A stretch of 63,570 nt of DNA, counting the filler, from a bacterium (GTDB lineage Bacteria; UBP15; UBA6099; JAJRTR01): assembly GCA_024278215.1 (NCBI GenBank). It is 6 parts of 6 records of this genome, joined end to end, with 100 filler letters (N's around TTAATTAATTAA, not from the genome) between each part and the next. Parts side by side here need not be neighbours in the genome. Positions count along the whole stretch, not along the records: positions 1 to 24,815 come from JAJRTR010000046.1; 5 more parts are not named here. One strand, 5' to 3'. The notes below the pieces were generated by a model that searched no databases, had not been told where the DNA came from, and was given only the letters and a program-made list of their open reading frames with translations. Position numbers and translations under genes: made by a program. This document shows, piece after piece, positions 1-8,689 of this stretch (position 1 is its first letter; each line of letters begins with the position of its first letter).

Positions 1-384
1 ATCTACGTACCGTTTCGTTGTCAACGTTTTGAATCGATGCACCACATCCGGCAATCCCAACGTAGGGGCAACCCCCTGTGGTTGCCCAATATCAGGGCAG
101 GCACGGGGGCCTGCCCCTACAAGGACAATGATGCCATGTATATGGTTGGGCATGATTATGTATTTATCCGTTTCGATTCCCTGATAATGGATTGACAATT
201 CATCCCACACCGTCTCGACCATCCGCCCCGCGTCTGTTAATGTCGATTCACCGTCCTCCACTCTCCCTAACAGGCATTTCTTGTCCCGAACGCAGACCGT
301 CACGAAATATGCGCCCGCCCTCGTGTAATCGTAACCTCTCAGACGAATGGAACGCCTGTTATGTATCTCCGGATCGTATTTCAT
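1..384 (-). CDS. REP-associated tyrosine transposase (RAYT/Y1_Tnp, IS200-like HUH), 3' end runs off the window
   Basis: Not in the ORF track (no stop in window). Manual translation: MKYDPEIHNRRSIRLRGYDYTRAGAYFVTVC...YIIMPNHIHGII...HRFKTLTTKR. Has the HUH motif (NHIH) and a typical RAYT N-terminus. ATG overlaps the hsdS stop (ATGA). Confidence 0.9.
   Translation of the reverse strand, partial: MKYDPEIHNRRSIRLRGYDYTRAGAYFVTVCVRDKKCLLGRVEDGESTLTDAGRMVETVWDELSIHYQGIETDKYIIMPNHIHGIIVLVGAGPRACPDIGQPQGVAPTLGLPDVVHRFKTLTTKRYVD
62..120. repeat. Inverted pair of GTAG-type REP palindromes inside the RAYT coding sequence
   Basis: GTAGGGGCAACCCCCTGTGGTTGCCC (62-87) and GGGCAGGCACGGGGGCCTGCCCCTAC (95-120). 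Translated in frame as VGAGPRACP...GQPQGVAPT. Confidence 0.8.
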
Positions 385-1664
385 ACCCGCTCCTCCACAA
401 ACCTTTCCGCATCTTTTATCCTGATCTCACCGGACATGAGTTTCGGTAGCAGGGCGTCGCGGATGGCGGCGAGAGTGACTGATTGTCTGTTATTCGCTGC
501 TATCGCTTTATCGAAAGGTAAAACAAGTTTGTTGTAACACTTAGCGATGTCTGGTGTAGGAAATGTCATCATTGCTCCAGCGAGAACTTGAGCACTAGCA
601 TTAGGCTGCGCTGAGCCTCCTATTGCACCTGCAACATAATTGAAGTAATCAGGAGTTCTCATATATGCCCCAACAACTCTGGCAATATTCGGATCATCAA
701 ACTGGAATCGAACAAGATATGATGCAAACACCGCATCAGGTGGTTCAACGATATATATATTCTCGCCTGTTGACGCTCCCGTTCTGGCAACAAGGATATC
801 TCCATCGATTATTCTGTACTTGTCATGTTCTCTATCATTAGCTGAGCAATATGGTACAGTGCTCCAATCGACAGTACCTCCTCGAATATCAGTGATGCGT
901 AAGAACATAGGACCAACGCATTCTAAAGCAGCACTTGTCGTGAAACCATACTGGATGTTCGAGGTTTTTTCCTTGATCTCGTTAGCACTCCATCCCTCCG
1001 GAATCTTGCCGAGGGGGGAGTCCTGGAAAGAGGATGGGAATAATGCGGCGGTGTCGGTGTCCATGCCGAACGGAGCGCGGCCTTCGGCTTTTGCGCGTAC
1101 GGGGTCGAAGTCCACAAACCACGATTTGAATATCGCCCGAGCCATCTCCTCCAGCGTCTCGTTCATCCGCCGGTTCAACTCGATCTTGTCGTCCAAAGTG
1201 CCGAGTATGTGGGCAATGGCTTGTCTATTGTTCTCATTAGGCCATCCGATTTCGAACCTCTCAAAGTCGATACGAGATAAGTTGGGGAACACAGAACCGG
1301 AACAGAGAGATAGAAGACGATCTAATCCGTGGACAAGTGCATAGAATATGAACCGAGTATCTATAGGTTCCGTTTTTGCCCTGAATGCACCGACTCCTCG
1401 CCCAATACAATACTCACGGTCAGCCCAGTTCATCCGTCCAGTTGTTGAACCACGCACACAGAACAGGATATCACCAGGCTTGCATACGCGTGTTGGTGAG
1501 GTTGTCCACAACTTTGGCGAAGGATGTGAAGAGCCAAATTCGGTTGGTCCATTAAGCAGCGGCATTCCGTCGCCAACTTGATTGTACGTCTCACCCTTCG
1601 GCGATTGCCCCATTACGATTTCGGCGACATCAGCGAGTCTCCCTCTCAGCAGTGTGTCAATCAT
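381..1664 (-). CDS. hsdS: Type I restriction-modification specificity subunit
   Basis: Two TRDs separated by the conserved segment QAIAHILGTLDDKIELNRRMNETLEEMARAIFKSWFVDF...GKIPEGW. C-terminal LAAIRDALLPKLMSGEI. Confidence 0.95.
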   Translation of the reverse strand: MIDTLLRGRLADVAEIVMGQSPKGETYNQVGDGMPLLNGPTEFGSSHPSPKLWTTSPTRVCKPGDILFCVRGSTTGRMNWADREYCIGRGVGAFRAKTEPIDTRFIFYALVHGLDRLLSLCSGSVFPNLSRIDFERFEIGWPNENNRQAIAHILGTLDDKIELNRRMNETLEEMARAIFKSWFVDFDPVRAKAEGRAPFGMDTDTAALFPSSFQDSPLGKIPEGWSANEIKEKTSNIQYGFTTSAALECVGPMFLRITDIRGGTVDWSTVPYCSANDREHDKYRIIDGDILVARTGASTGENIYIVEPPDAVFASYLVRFQFDDPNIARVVGAYMRTPDYFNYVAGAIGGSAQPNASAQVLAGAMMTFPTPDIAKCYNKLVLPFDKAIAANNRQSVTLAAIRDALLPKLMSGEIRIKDAERFVEERV

Positions 1665-1692
1665 AAGTAGTTTGTTCCTACCTTAAACAGCA

Positions 1693-2211
1693 TCACTCCT
1701 CCAGCTTCCTGAAACCGATCTTGCGCTGATCCTTTTCGGGCGGGATCATGAGTTGCCGGATCGCGTCGAATACCGCTTTGAACTGGGAGTCGTACTTATT
1801 CTCCAGTTCGTCGAGCCTGCCTGCCAGGGCTTTGTTGGACTCCAGCATTCGGCGCAGGCGGACAAACGCCCTGACGACCTGGATGCTTGCATTGACGGCT
1901 ATTTCACTGTTCAGCACACTGGCAAGCATTACTGCTCCATGTTCGGTGAAGGCGTAGGGCGGCGTTCTGCGCTTCATGAGGTTTGTGGTCGCAAATTGCG
2001 ACCTCAAGCGTTTGAACTCTTTCTCTGTTAGCTGGAACATGAAATCCTTCGGAAACCGGTCATGGTTTCTTTTCACCTGCTCGTTCAGGCGTTTAGTTGT
2101 AACGCCATATATTTCAGCAAGATCGGCATCCAGCATATCCTTCTGTCCACGGATAAGCAGGATTGAACGTTCGATGCGTTCGTCTGGTATCAGAGCCTTA
2201 CTTTTTGCCAT
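1693..2211 (-). CDS. ORF6N domain DNA-binding protein
   Basis: IRGQKDMLDADLAEIYGVTTKRLNEQVKRN..RFPKDFMFQL, PYAFTEHGAVMLASVLNS, C-terminal RKIGF. Confidence 0.9.
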   Translation of the reverse strand: MAKSKALIPDERIERSILLIRGQKDMLDADLAEIYGVTTKRLNEQVKRNHDRFPKDFMFQLTEKEFKRLRSQFATTNLMKRRTPPYAFTEHGAVMLASVLNSEIAVNASIQVVRAFVRLRRMLESNKALAGRLDELENKYDSQFKAVFDAIRQLMIPPEKDQRKIGFRKLEE

Positions 2212-3805
2212 ATCCTACCACCTTTAAGTTCTTCCTTATCACTTTTTCCAGCTTTGCCGATTCCGTGAATTGTTCTTCAAGTTTCCCGGTGAGCCGCTTC
2301 ATCTTTTCCTCGAACGGTTCATCGTCGCTATCATCAATTTCTTACGCGCCGACGTATCGGCCAGGGGTGAGGATATGACTGTGTTTTCGGATGTCTTCTA
2401 TTGTCGCGCTCATGCAGAAACCGGGGATGTCTTCATACTCTCCGGCGTCCTTGTCACCGCGCCATGCGTGGTACGTGCCAGCGATCTTTGCGACATCTTC
2501 ATCCGTGAATTCACGATGAACCCTGTCGATCAGTTTGCCGAGCTTCCGGGCGTCAATGAACAGGGTTTCTCCGCGCCGGTCGCGGAAGCGCCCGTTTTTC
2601 TTGTCACGAGCTATAAACCATAGACATGCTGGAATTGGGGTCGAGTAAAACAACTGGCCGGGGAGTGAGACCATGCAGTCTACGAGGTCGGCTTCGATTA
2701 TGTTTTTCCTGATCTCACCTTCGCCGGACTGATTGGACGACATGCTGCCGTTGGCGAGTACGAAACCGGCAAGGCCGTTTGGGGCGAGATGATGTATGAA
2801 GTGTTGTACCCAGGCATAGTTGGCGTTTCCGGCAGGCGGGAGACCGTACTTCCAGCGGGCGTCGCCGCGGAGTCTATCGCCGCCCCAGTCGCTGTCATTG
2901 AACGGTGGATTGGCGAGTATATAGTCGGCCTTCAGGTCTTTGTGCAGGTCGTTGTGATACGTGTTCGCGTTTTCCGGACCAAGGTTGCTGTCGATGCCGC
3001 GAATGGCAAGATTCATTCGGGCAAGCCGCCACGTGGTGGGGTTCGACTCCTGGCCGTAGATGCTGATGTCGCCAACGTTACCGCCGTGAGCGGCGGCAAA
3101 CTTTTCGCTTTGCACGAACATACCGCCTGAACCGCAGCAGGGGTCGTACACACGGCCTTTGTACGGGGCAAGCATTTCGACCAGTACCTGGACCACACAG
3201 CGGGGAGTATAGAACTGGCCGCCCTTTTTGCCTTCGGCCCCGGCGAACTGTGACAGGAAGTACTCATACACCCGCCCGAGAATATCCCTGGAGCGGTTTT
3301 CCTTGTCTCCCAGGCCGATGGTGCCGATGAGATCGATTAGTTCTCCAAGCCGCTGCTTGTCGAGAGCGGGCCGCGCGTAATCCTTGGGCAGCACGCCTTT
3401 TAGTGTGGGGTTCTCCCGCTCGATGGCAACCATGGCGTCGTCGATGATCTTGCCGATGGCGGACTGCTTTGCGTTGGCCTGAAGGAACGGCCAGCGGGCC
3501 TCCTTCGGCACCCAGAATATGTTTTCGGCGACATACTCGTCCCGGTCCTCGATGACGTGGTAGCGAGCTGTTTCTTCCTTGACATACCAATCGCTGGACG
3601 AGTCGGCGGTCCAGAGTTCCAGTTGCTCTTTACGTTCCTCGAAAGCATCGGATATATACTTGAGGAATATCAGGCCAAGCACGACGTGCTTGTACTCTGC
3701 GGCGTCCATATTATTGCGCATCTTATCGGCAGCGGCCCACAGAGTAGCCTCGAATCCGAGGTTCGCCCCGGTGCCGTTCCCGGTTTTCTTATTCTTACGA
3801 GCCAT
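2198..3805 (-). pseudogene. hsdM: Type I RM methyltransferase subunit with an in-frame premature TAA at 2342-2344 (real mutation or sequencing error)
   Basis: Motifs [19 protein letters not shown]. After TPGRYVGA* the same frame continues EIDDSDDEPFEEKMKRLTGKLEEQFTESAKLEKVIRKNLKVVGYGKK* (stop 2198-2200), the usual HsdM C-terminal helix. Confidence 0.85.
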
Positions 3806-4262
3806 TGGTTGCCCTTTCTACTCTATAAATCAACTATGATGGCAGTTGCATTTGCAACGCTTAATCGATTGGGAACAATCTGTTTTCAATCCCGATCACC
3901 AATTATATCTATGGGGGGTGGTACAAAGCAATAAACGATCTCATAAACACGGTTTTTCACATCCGCAACGACTTTCAGGTGCCGATGCGCCTGCGCACTA
4001 ATGAGGTAAAAACCGGCCAGGGGTAAAGGTGCCCCGACCGGGATTATTTCATGGTCTTATTTATGGAGAAGCCACTTTCCTCACGACCTCTTCATCAGCC
4101 ACACCACAAGGTGGATGAGCAGGAACATGACAATGACTGTTAATAGGGGCATGCAGAAATAAACAGCGGGGCGCGGCGTCCGCTGTGGCCAGCAGGATAA
4201 TGTCCGCGCCGCCGCAGTGTCCTCCTTCCGTTCCGTCCAGCGATCTTCATTTCATCATTGCA

Positions 4263-6704
4263 TCAGAAGCACCCGGTACATTCACCGCTGGCGTCGAGCT
4301 TCAGTACCCATACATCTGAATTTCCGGCCCCGTATGAACTGGTGACGCCTGCTACGATATAACCGCCGTCAGTGGTCTGCTGAATGGATTCCGCTTCTTC
4401 GTTGCTCGTACCACCAAGTGTGTTGGCCCATGTCTGCGAACCACTTGAATCGAGTTTCAATATCCAGACATCTTTATTCCCGGCCCCGTATGAACTTGTG
4501 ATACCCGCTACAACGTACCCGCCATCAGTGGTCTGCTGAACAGAATTCGCTTCATCATCGCTTGTACCACCATAGGTTTGAGCCCAAACCTGATTACCGC
4601 TTGAATCCAATTTCAGCACCCAGGCATCTTTCCCGCCTGCGCCTTCCGAGTTCGTGTGTCCGGCAGCTATATATCCTCCATCGTCCGTCTGTCGAATGGA
4701 GTTCACGGTATCATCGCCTGTCCCTCCGTATGTGTTGCTCCAAGCCAGGGTGCCGTCGGAATTCAGTTTTACCACCTTTAACTCCTCTTTGAACGAGTCG
4801 TATACCATTCCGGCAACTATGTATCCATAGTCTGTGGTTTGCTGTACCGAGAATGCGCCCTCGCCGGAACTTCCTCCGGAGGGGTTGTACCATGACCACA
4901 CCTGAGAACCACCGGAATCGAGTTTCGAAACCCAATCCCAATTGCCAGCACTGTATGTCTCGACAATCCCCGACACGATATATCCGCCATCGGATGTTTC
5001 ACTTATGGATGTCGCCATCTCACTGCCATATGTTCCTATCGTCTTGTCCCAGGTCTGATTGCCGACGGAATCGAGTTTCACTATCCAGTAGTCGTCACTG
5101 CCTGCGCCGTATGAGTTCGTGACGCCTGCGGTTATATATCCACCGTCCATTGTCTGTTGTATAGAAAAGGACTGTTCGAAGTTCGCGCCGCCAAGGGTCT
5201 GCGTCCATACCTGAGTGCCGGTCGCACTCAGCTTAATGATGTAGAAGTCGTAGTTTACAGGTTCATCAATCGGGTTGACATATCCGGATACGATATAACC
5301 TCCGTCCGTTGTCTGCTGTACCGAGAATGCCTTTTCATAGTCTGTACCTCCAAACGTTTTTGCCCATACGTCGGAGGATTCGGTCTGACATGTGGATGAA
5401 CAGCCGTCGCCATCGGCGGTGTTGCCGTCGTCGCACTGTTCGCTGTTGCTTGAGTCCACTGTCGAGTCGCCGCAATATGATGTTGCACCGGCGACTGATT
5501 GGCATGTGGAATCGCAAACGGTGCAGGATGTCTGTCCGTAATCGCACGTTTCGGTTGTCGTATTACCGTCATCGCAGTCTTCACCGTTTCCGGTGTCGGT
5601 CGTGCTATCACTACAGTAGGATGTGGAGCCTGCAACGGACTGACACGTTGAATCGCAAACGGAGCAGGATGTCTCTCCGTATGTGCAAGTCTCCGTCACG
5701 GTGTTGCCGTCATCGCAGTCCTCGCCGGTTTCCACGGTTCCGTTTCCGCACACGGTTCCCTGGGTGACGGTGACGGGAGTATCAACATCGTCGGTGATAC
5801 TGCCGTCGACGCGGCAGCCCGGCGTGAAGTCGCCGATACCGTACACGCATTCACCGATGTTGCCGGAAGAGATTTCATACCACAGGGCACCGCTGCTGTC
5901 GCATCTGTGTTCGAGGGTGGTGGCCGTGCCGCCCGATACAGTGCAAGTGACGGTGAACACGGTGTCGATTGTGCCTGTTGCCGGGGAAACTGATGCGGTT
6001 ATTGATATCGCACTGCTGGATGTCACAGATATTGTTACCGTATCCTGGCGGGTAGCGCCGTCATTGTCGGTCACGGTCAGCGTGGCGGTGTAGCTGTCGG
6101 CGGTGCTGTAGGTATGGCTTGGACTCTGCTCACTGCTCGTCGAGCCGTCGCCGAATGTCCACGAATAGGACGCGATTGTGCCGTCCGAGTCTGAACCGGA
6201 GCCTGTGAACTGGATAGTGAGCGGAGCAGTGCCGGACGTGACATCGGCTTGAGCGGAAGCGGTGGGCGACTGGTTCACGTCCGAATCGGAGCCGGGTGTT
6301 AACGCGCCGTCGGTGGAGCCTTCCGGTGTTACTGTTACGATGACGCTTGCAATCACCGTGACGCTGATCTGCATCGTCTGGTAGCCGCTTTTTGTGATCG
6401 ACACTACTTGAGCTCCGACTGTGACTCCGGACAGAATGTAGTACCCGTTCGAGTCCGTAGTCGTGGTCTTTCCATCACACTGAACTGTTGCTCCGGAAAG
6501 CGCTTGATAGCCGGATGGCGCGGCTCCGGCAGATCGTTTTCCAGTTACCCGTCCGGCTTCGGATGGCGCGTAGACGTATCCGGCGATACTGCCGGTGGAT
6601 TGTATCGCTACGCCACGGTCGCCACCGCCTCCTCCGCAGCCTGCCGAGTACAGCGCGGCTGTTACAATCAGGAGTACAACAATATGGAATCTTGAGTTTT
6701 TCAT
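4263..6704 (-). CDS. Multidomain surface lipoprotein: carboxypeptidase-regulatory-like domain, PKD, Myxococcus-type Cys-rich repeats, C-terminal beta-propeller repeats
   Basis: Lipobox LYSAG-C plus poly-Gly. PKD signature YSWTFGDG..SSEQSPSHTY. CGNG/CDDGN repeats. About 7 W-x-x-T-x-GG...DGGYIVAG repeats. Confidence 0.85.
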   Translation of the reverse strand: MKNSRFHIVVLLIVTAALYSAGCGGGGGDRGVAIQSTGSIAGYVYAPSEAGRVTGKRSAGAAPSGYQALSGATVQCDGKTTTTDSNGYYILSGVTVGAQVVSITKSGYQTMQISVTVIASVIVTVTPEGSTDGALTPGSDSDVNQSPTASAQADVTSGTAPLTIQFTGSGSDSDGTIASYSWTFGDGSTSSEQSPSHTYSTADSYTATLTVTDNDGATRQDTVTISVTSSSAISITASVSPATGTIDTVFTVTCTVSGGTATTLEHRCDSSGALWYEISSGNIGECVYGIGDFTPGCRVDGSITDDVDTPVTVTQGTVCGNGTVETGEDCDDGNTVTETCTYGETSCSVCDSTCQSVAGSTSYCSDSTTDTGNGEDCDDGNTTTETCDYGQTSCTVCDSTCQSVAGATSYCGDSTVDSSNSEQCDDGNTADGDGCSSTCQTESSDVWAKTFGGTDYEKAFSVQQTTDGGYIVSGYVNPIDEPVNYDFYIIKLSATGTQVWTQTLGGANFEQSFSIQQTMDGGYITAGVTNSYGAGSDDYWIVKLDSVGNQTWDKTIGTYGSEMATSISETSDGGYIVSGIVETYSAGNWDWVSKLDSGGSQVWSWYNPSGGSSGEGAFSVQQTTDYGYIVAGMVYDSFKEELKVVKLNSDGTLAWSNTYGGTGDDTVNSIRQTDDGGYIAAGHTNSEGAGGKDAWVLKLDSSGNQVWAQTYGGTSDDEANSVQQTTDGGYVVAGITSSYGAGNKDVWILKLDSSGSQTWANTLGGTSNEEAESIQQTTDGGYIVAGVTSSYGAGNSDVWVLKLDASGECTGCF

Positions 6705-6717
6705 TCTTCATACCTCC

Positions 6718-7563
6718 TCAGTATTGTTTTCGGAACGACAGACTGCCCATCGGGGAGCCCAGGTCGTCCACGTCGTATGCGCCGGCGTTTATATAGCCGA
6801 CGTCTCCCAACTTGAATGCGAGACCGACCGACAGCGCGTCGTCCGCGCAGGCCGTGCAGTCTATACCTGCACCGGGCAGGATTACGTTGTTGAGAATCAG
6901 CTTGTGGAAGTCGTACTCGGAATAGTCGGCGTAGATCACGAGTTCGGGGTTCACCGCGTACTGCAGCGATGCGAACATGCCGGTTTCCTCCGGCAGGTCG
7001 CCTGTAATCCAGTTCACACCAATATTGGCACGGGCGCGTCCATATTCGAAAGCGAGTGCCGCATAGGGTTGTGTGAAATCTACATCCGCGCCGCTGGACT
7101 GGCCGAAGTACATCATGCCGCCGAGTGCTATCTGGCCGTTCCAGGGCATGCGCACAATCCGGTTGTCAGGCACCCACTTCACGCGCACCACGTCAGCGGA
7201 ATGTGTAAAACCGGTGTCGCCGGTTGGTCCGTGAATGGTGACGTCGTATTCCTGTCGGGCGTAACCGATCTGGAATCCTTGAACGCCCACGAGCGCGTAC
7301 ATATTCGCGCCCTCTGCGTGGACGCGCAGCCCGTCCGCAGAAACCTTTCCAACGGTACCGAACAGCACGTAGTCCGTCCCGACAGTCACATCAGTGGGAA
7401 CCTGTGTATCGCTGGAAAGCATCTGCGTGGTGGTATCGAGCGGAGTGATAGGCTGGAACGCCTCATAGCTGTAAGGTTCAACGCTGTCCGACGCCGATAC
7501 CGAGATCGCAATCAGCAGCATTTGCATAAGTATGATAATGAACAAAGATTTTGCATGATGCAT
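6718..7563 (-). CDS. Secreted, probable outer-membrane beta-barrel protein
   Basis: Signal peptide (ISVSA), amphipathic strands, C-terminal aromatic residue (SLSFRKQY), RBS AAGGAGG. Co-oriented and 13 bp from the lipoprotein gene. Confidence 0.6.
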   Translation of the reverse strand: MHHAKSLFIIILMQMLLIAISVSASDSVEPYSYEAFQPITPLDTTTQMLSSDTQVPTDVTVGTDYVLFGTVGKVSADGLRVHAEGANMYALVGVQGFQIGYARQEYDVTIHGPTGDTGFTHSADVVRVKWVPDNRIVRMPWNGQIALGGMMYFGQSSGADVDFTQPYAALAFEYGRARANIGVNWITGDLPEETGMFASLQYAVNPELVIYADYSEYDFHKLILNNVILPGAGIDCTACADDALSVGLAFKLGDVGYINAGAYDVDDLGSPMGSLSFRKQY

Positions 7564-7625
7564 CGCGCACCTCCTTGGGTTGTTGTCACCGGGGATTCAG
7601 TTGGTGGTGGAATGTGTCCCAATAT

Positions 7626-7760
7626 AAAAGGACGACCCCGGTTGCCTAACCAAGAGAGTACGCGAACGTAGCCCCAGGGTTGCCGAGGCCGCCCCAAAAA
7701 AGCAGACAGCTTTAAGGGCTACGTTCGTCACGCGCACATTGCGCGCTCTTGGTTAGGCAA
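7626..7760 (-). ncRNA. Putative structured leader RNA, copy 1 (unassigned family)
   Basis: 15-bp perfect P1 (7642-7656/7746-7760), 6-bp P2 (7731-7745), 12-bp perfect P3 (7663-7674/7716-7727) enclosing the core CTGCTTTTTTGGGGCGGCCTCGG. The 3' tail CCGGGGTCGTCC-TTTT is complementary to the core. Homologous to 37766-37915. Confidence 0.7.
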
Positions 7761-7765
7761 TTGGG

Positions 7766-7774
7766 ATTATATCA
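7766..7774 (-). promoter_or_regulatory. Extended -10 promoter (TGaTATAAT) directly upstream of leader copy 1
   Basis: TGATATAAT 5 nt before P1. The identical motif lies 6 nt before P1 in copy 2. Confidence 0.65.
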
Positions 7775-7866
7775 CAGCCTCGGCAATCCCCGGAAGGGGA
7801 AAAGCAAAATTGTCTGGTGGGGCGGCGCTCGGCATAACCTGATAAAGAGCTCTGCCAGACGGTGTG

Positions 7867-8631
7867 CTACCACCGAAAGCATTCGGAAACAAAGTCACAC
7901 GTGGGACATAAAAACCCGCGATTGGGGTAGAATCGCTTATCAGCAATAGCGTGTACAACCTGCTCGATAGTCCGGTACATGCGGTCCCATTGTTTTGGGC
8001 CTCGTGTTGTTTCTAAGACTTGTACACGAGGTTTTTTGTTTTTCACGATGATGTTATAGCGGCACGCGCCCTCGTCGCGCCCATCCTGTTGTGCAACCAT
8101 GTAGGTGTAAATGTCGGCCTGCAGCGCGGTGTCGACCTGGAACTGTGACCATGAGGAACGTGAAGTTTTCAATTCTGTGATCGTTCCGTCAGCGTCGAGC
8201 CTGTCGAGGTAGCCCAGCAGTTCTACTCCGGGTAGTGTTTCCCCGGTGACAGGGTTTGTCAGGGAAGATCGGAGTTCCAGTTCCACGGCCATGGGCGTCA
8301 CAATGTTTTCGCTGATTGAATCGACATACGCTTGCACTAACTTCGTTCCCTGCGCCTGCATGTCCTCGGGAGTGGTTCCGTTCGACCACTTCACAGGCAC
8401 TGTCGTTCGCGCCGTCCAGTCCTCCTCGAACGCCTTCTCCAGTTCTTCGGTCGTGAGTGGCTTGCCTGCCATGTGGCGACGGTAATAATGGGCAATGGTT
8501 CCGTGGACAGCCGAACCGAGTACCAGAGCAGGTGACACTTTCTCCGGCACGATGCCTTTTTCATACTTGAAGTAGTAGGACAGTGCGCATCTGAGATAGC
8601 CGTCAATTCTTGAATACGATAATGTCAACAT
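7867..8631 (-). CDS. PD-(D/E)XK RecB/AddB/Cas4-like exonuclease with probable 4-Cys Fe-S staple
   Basis: LSYSRI..YLRC, GSAVH, GYLDRLD...ELKTS, Q-x-x-x-Y, C-terminal CPTCDFVSEC. Start reassigned to ATG 8631 after AGGAGG. Confidence 0.85.
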   Translation of the reverse strand: MLTLSYSRIDGYLRCALSYYFKYEKGIVPEKVSPALVLGSAVHGTIAHYYRRHMAGKPLTTEELEKAFEEDWTARTTVPVKWSNGTTPEDMQAQGTKLVQAYVDSISENIVTPMAVELELRSSLTNPVTGETLPGVELLGYLDRLDADGTITELKTSRSSWSQFQVDTALQADIYTYMVAQQDGRDEGACRYNIIVKNKKPRVQVLETTRGPKQWDRMYRTIEQVVHAIADKRFYPNRGFLCPTCDFVSECFRW

Positions 8632-8689
8632 TTTGCTTCCCCTCCTTTCACAGGAGAGGACTTGATGCCGCCCCCTCCCGTGGATTCGT

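Noticed and set aside
4263-5400. Near-repeated DNA in the lipoprotein C-terminus as a DGR template/variable repeat pair
   Set aside because: These are ordinary in-frame propeller-blade repeats. There is no reverse transcriptase in the window and no evident adenine-specific pattern.
6595-7671. Long + strand ORF (358 aa) and similar antisense ORFs such as 32871-34004
   Set aside because: Shadows of better-supported opposite-strand genes, with no motifs of their own.
7626-7760. Leader element as a known riboswitch (c-di-GMP, SAM, TPP, cobalamin, T-box)
   Set aside because: I could not find the diagnostic conserved motifs by eye; left unassigned pending an Rfam search.
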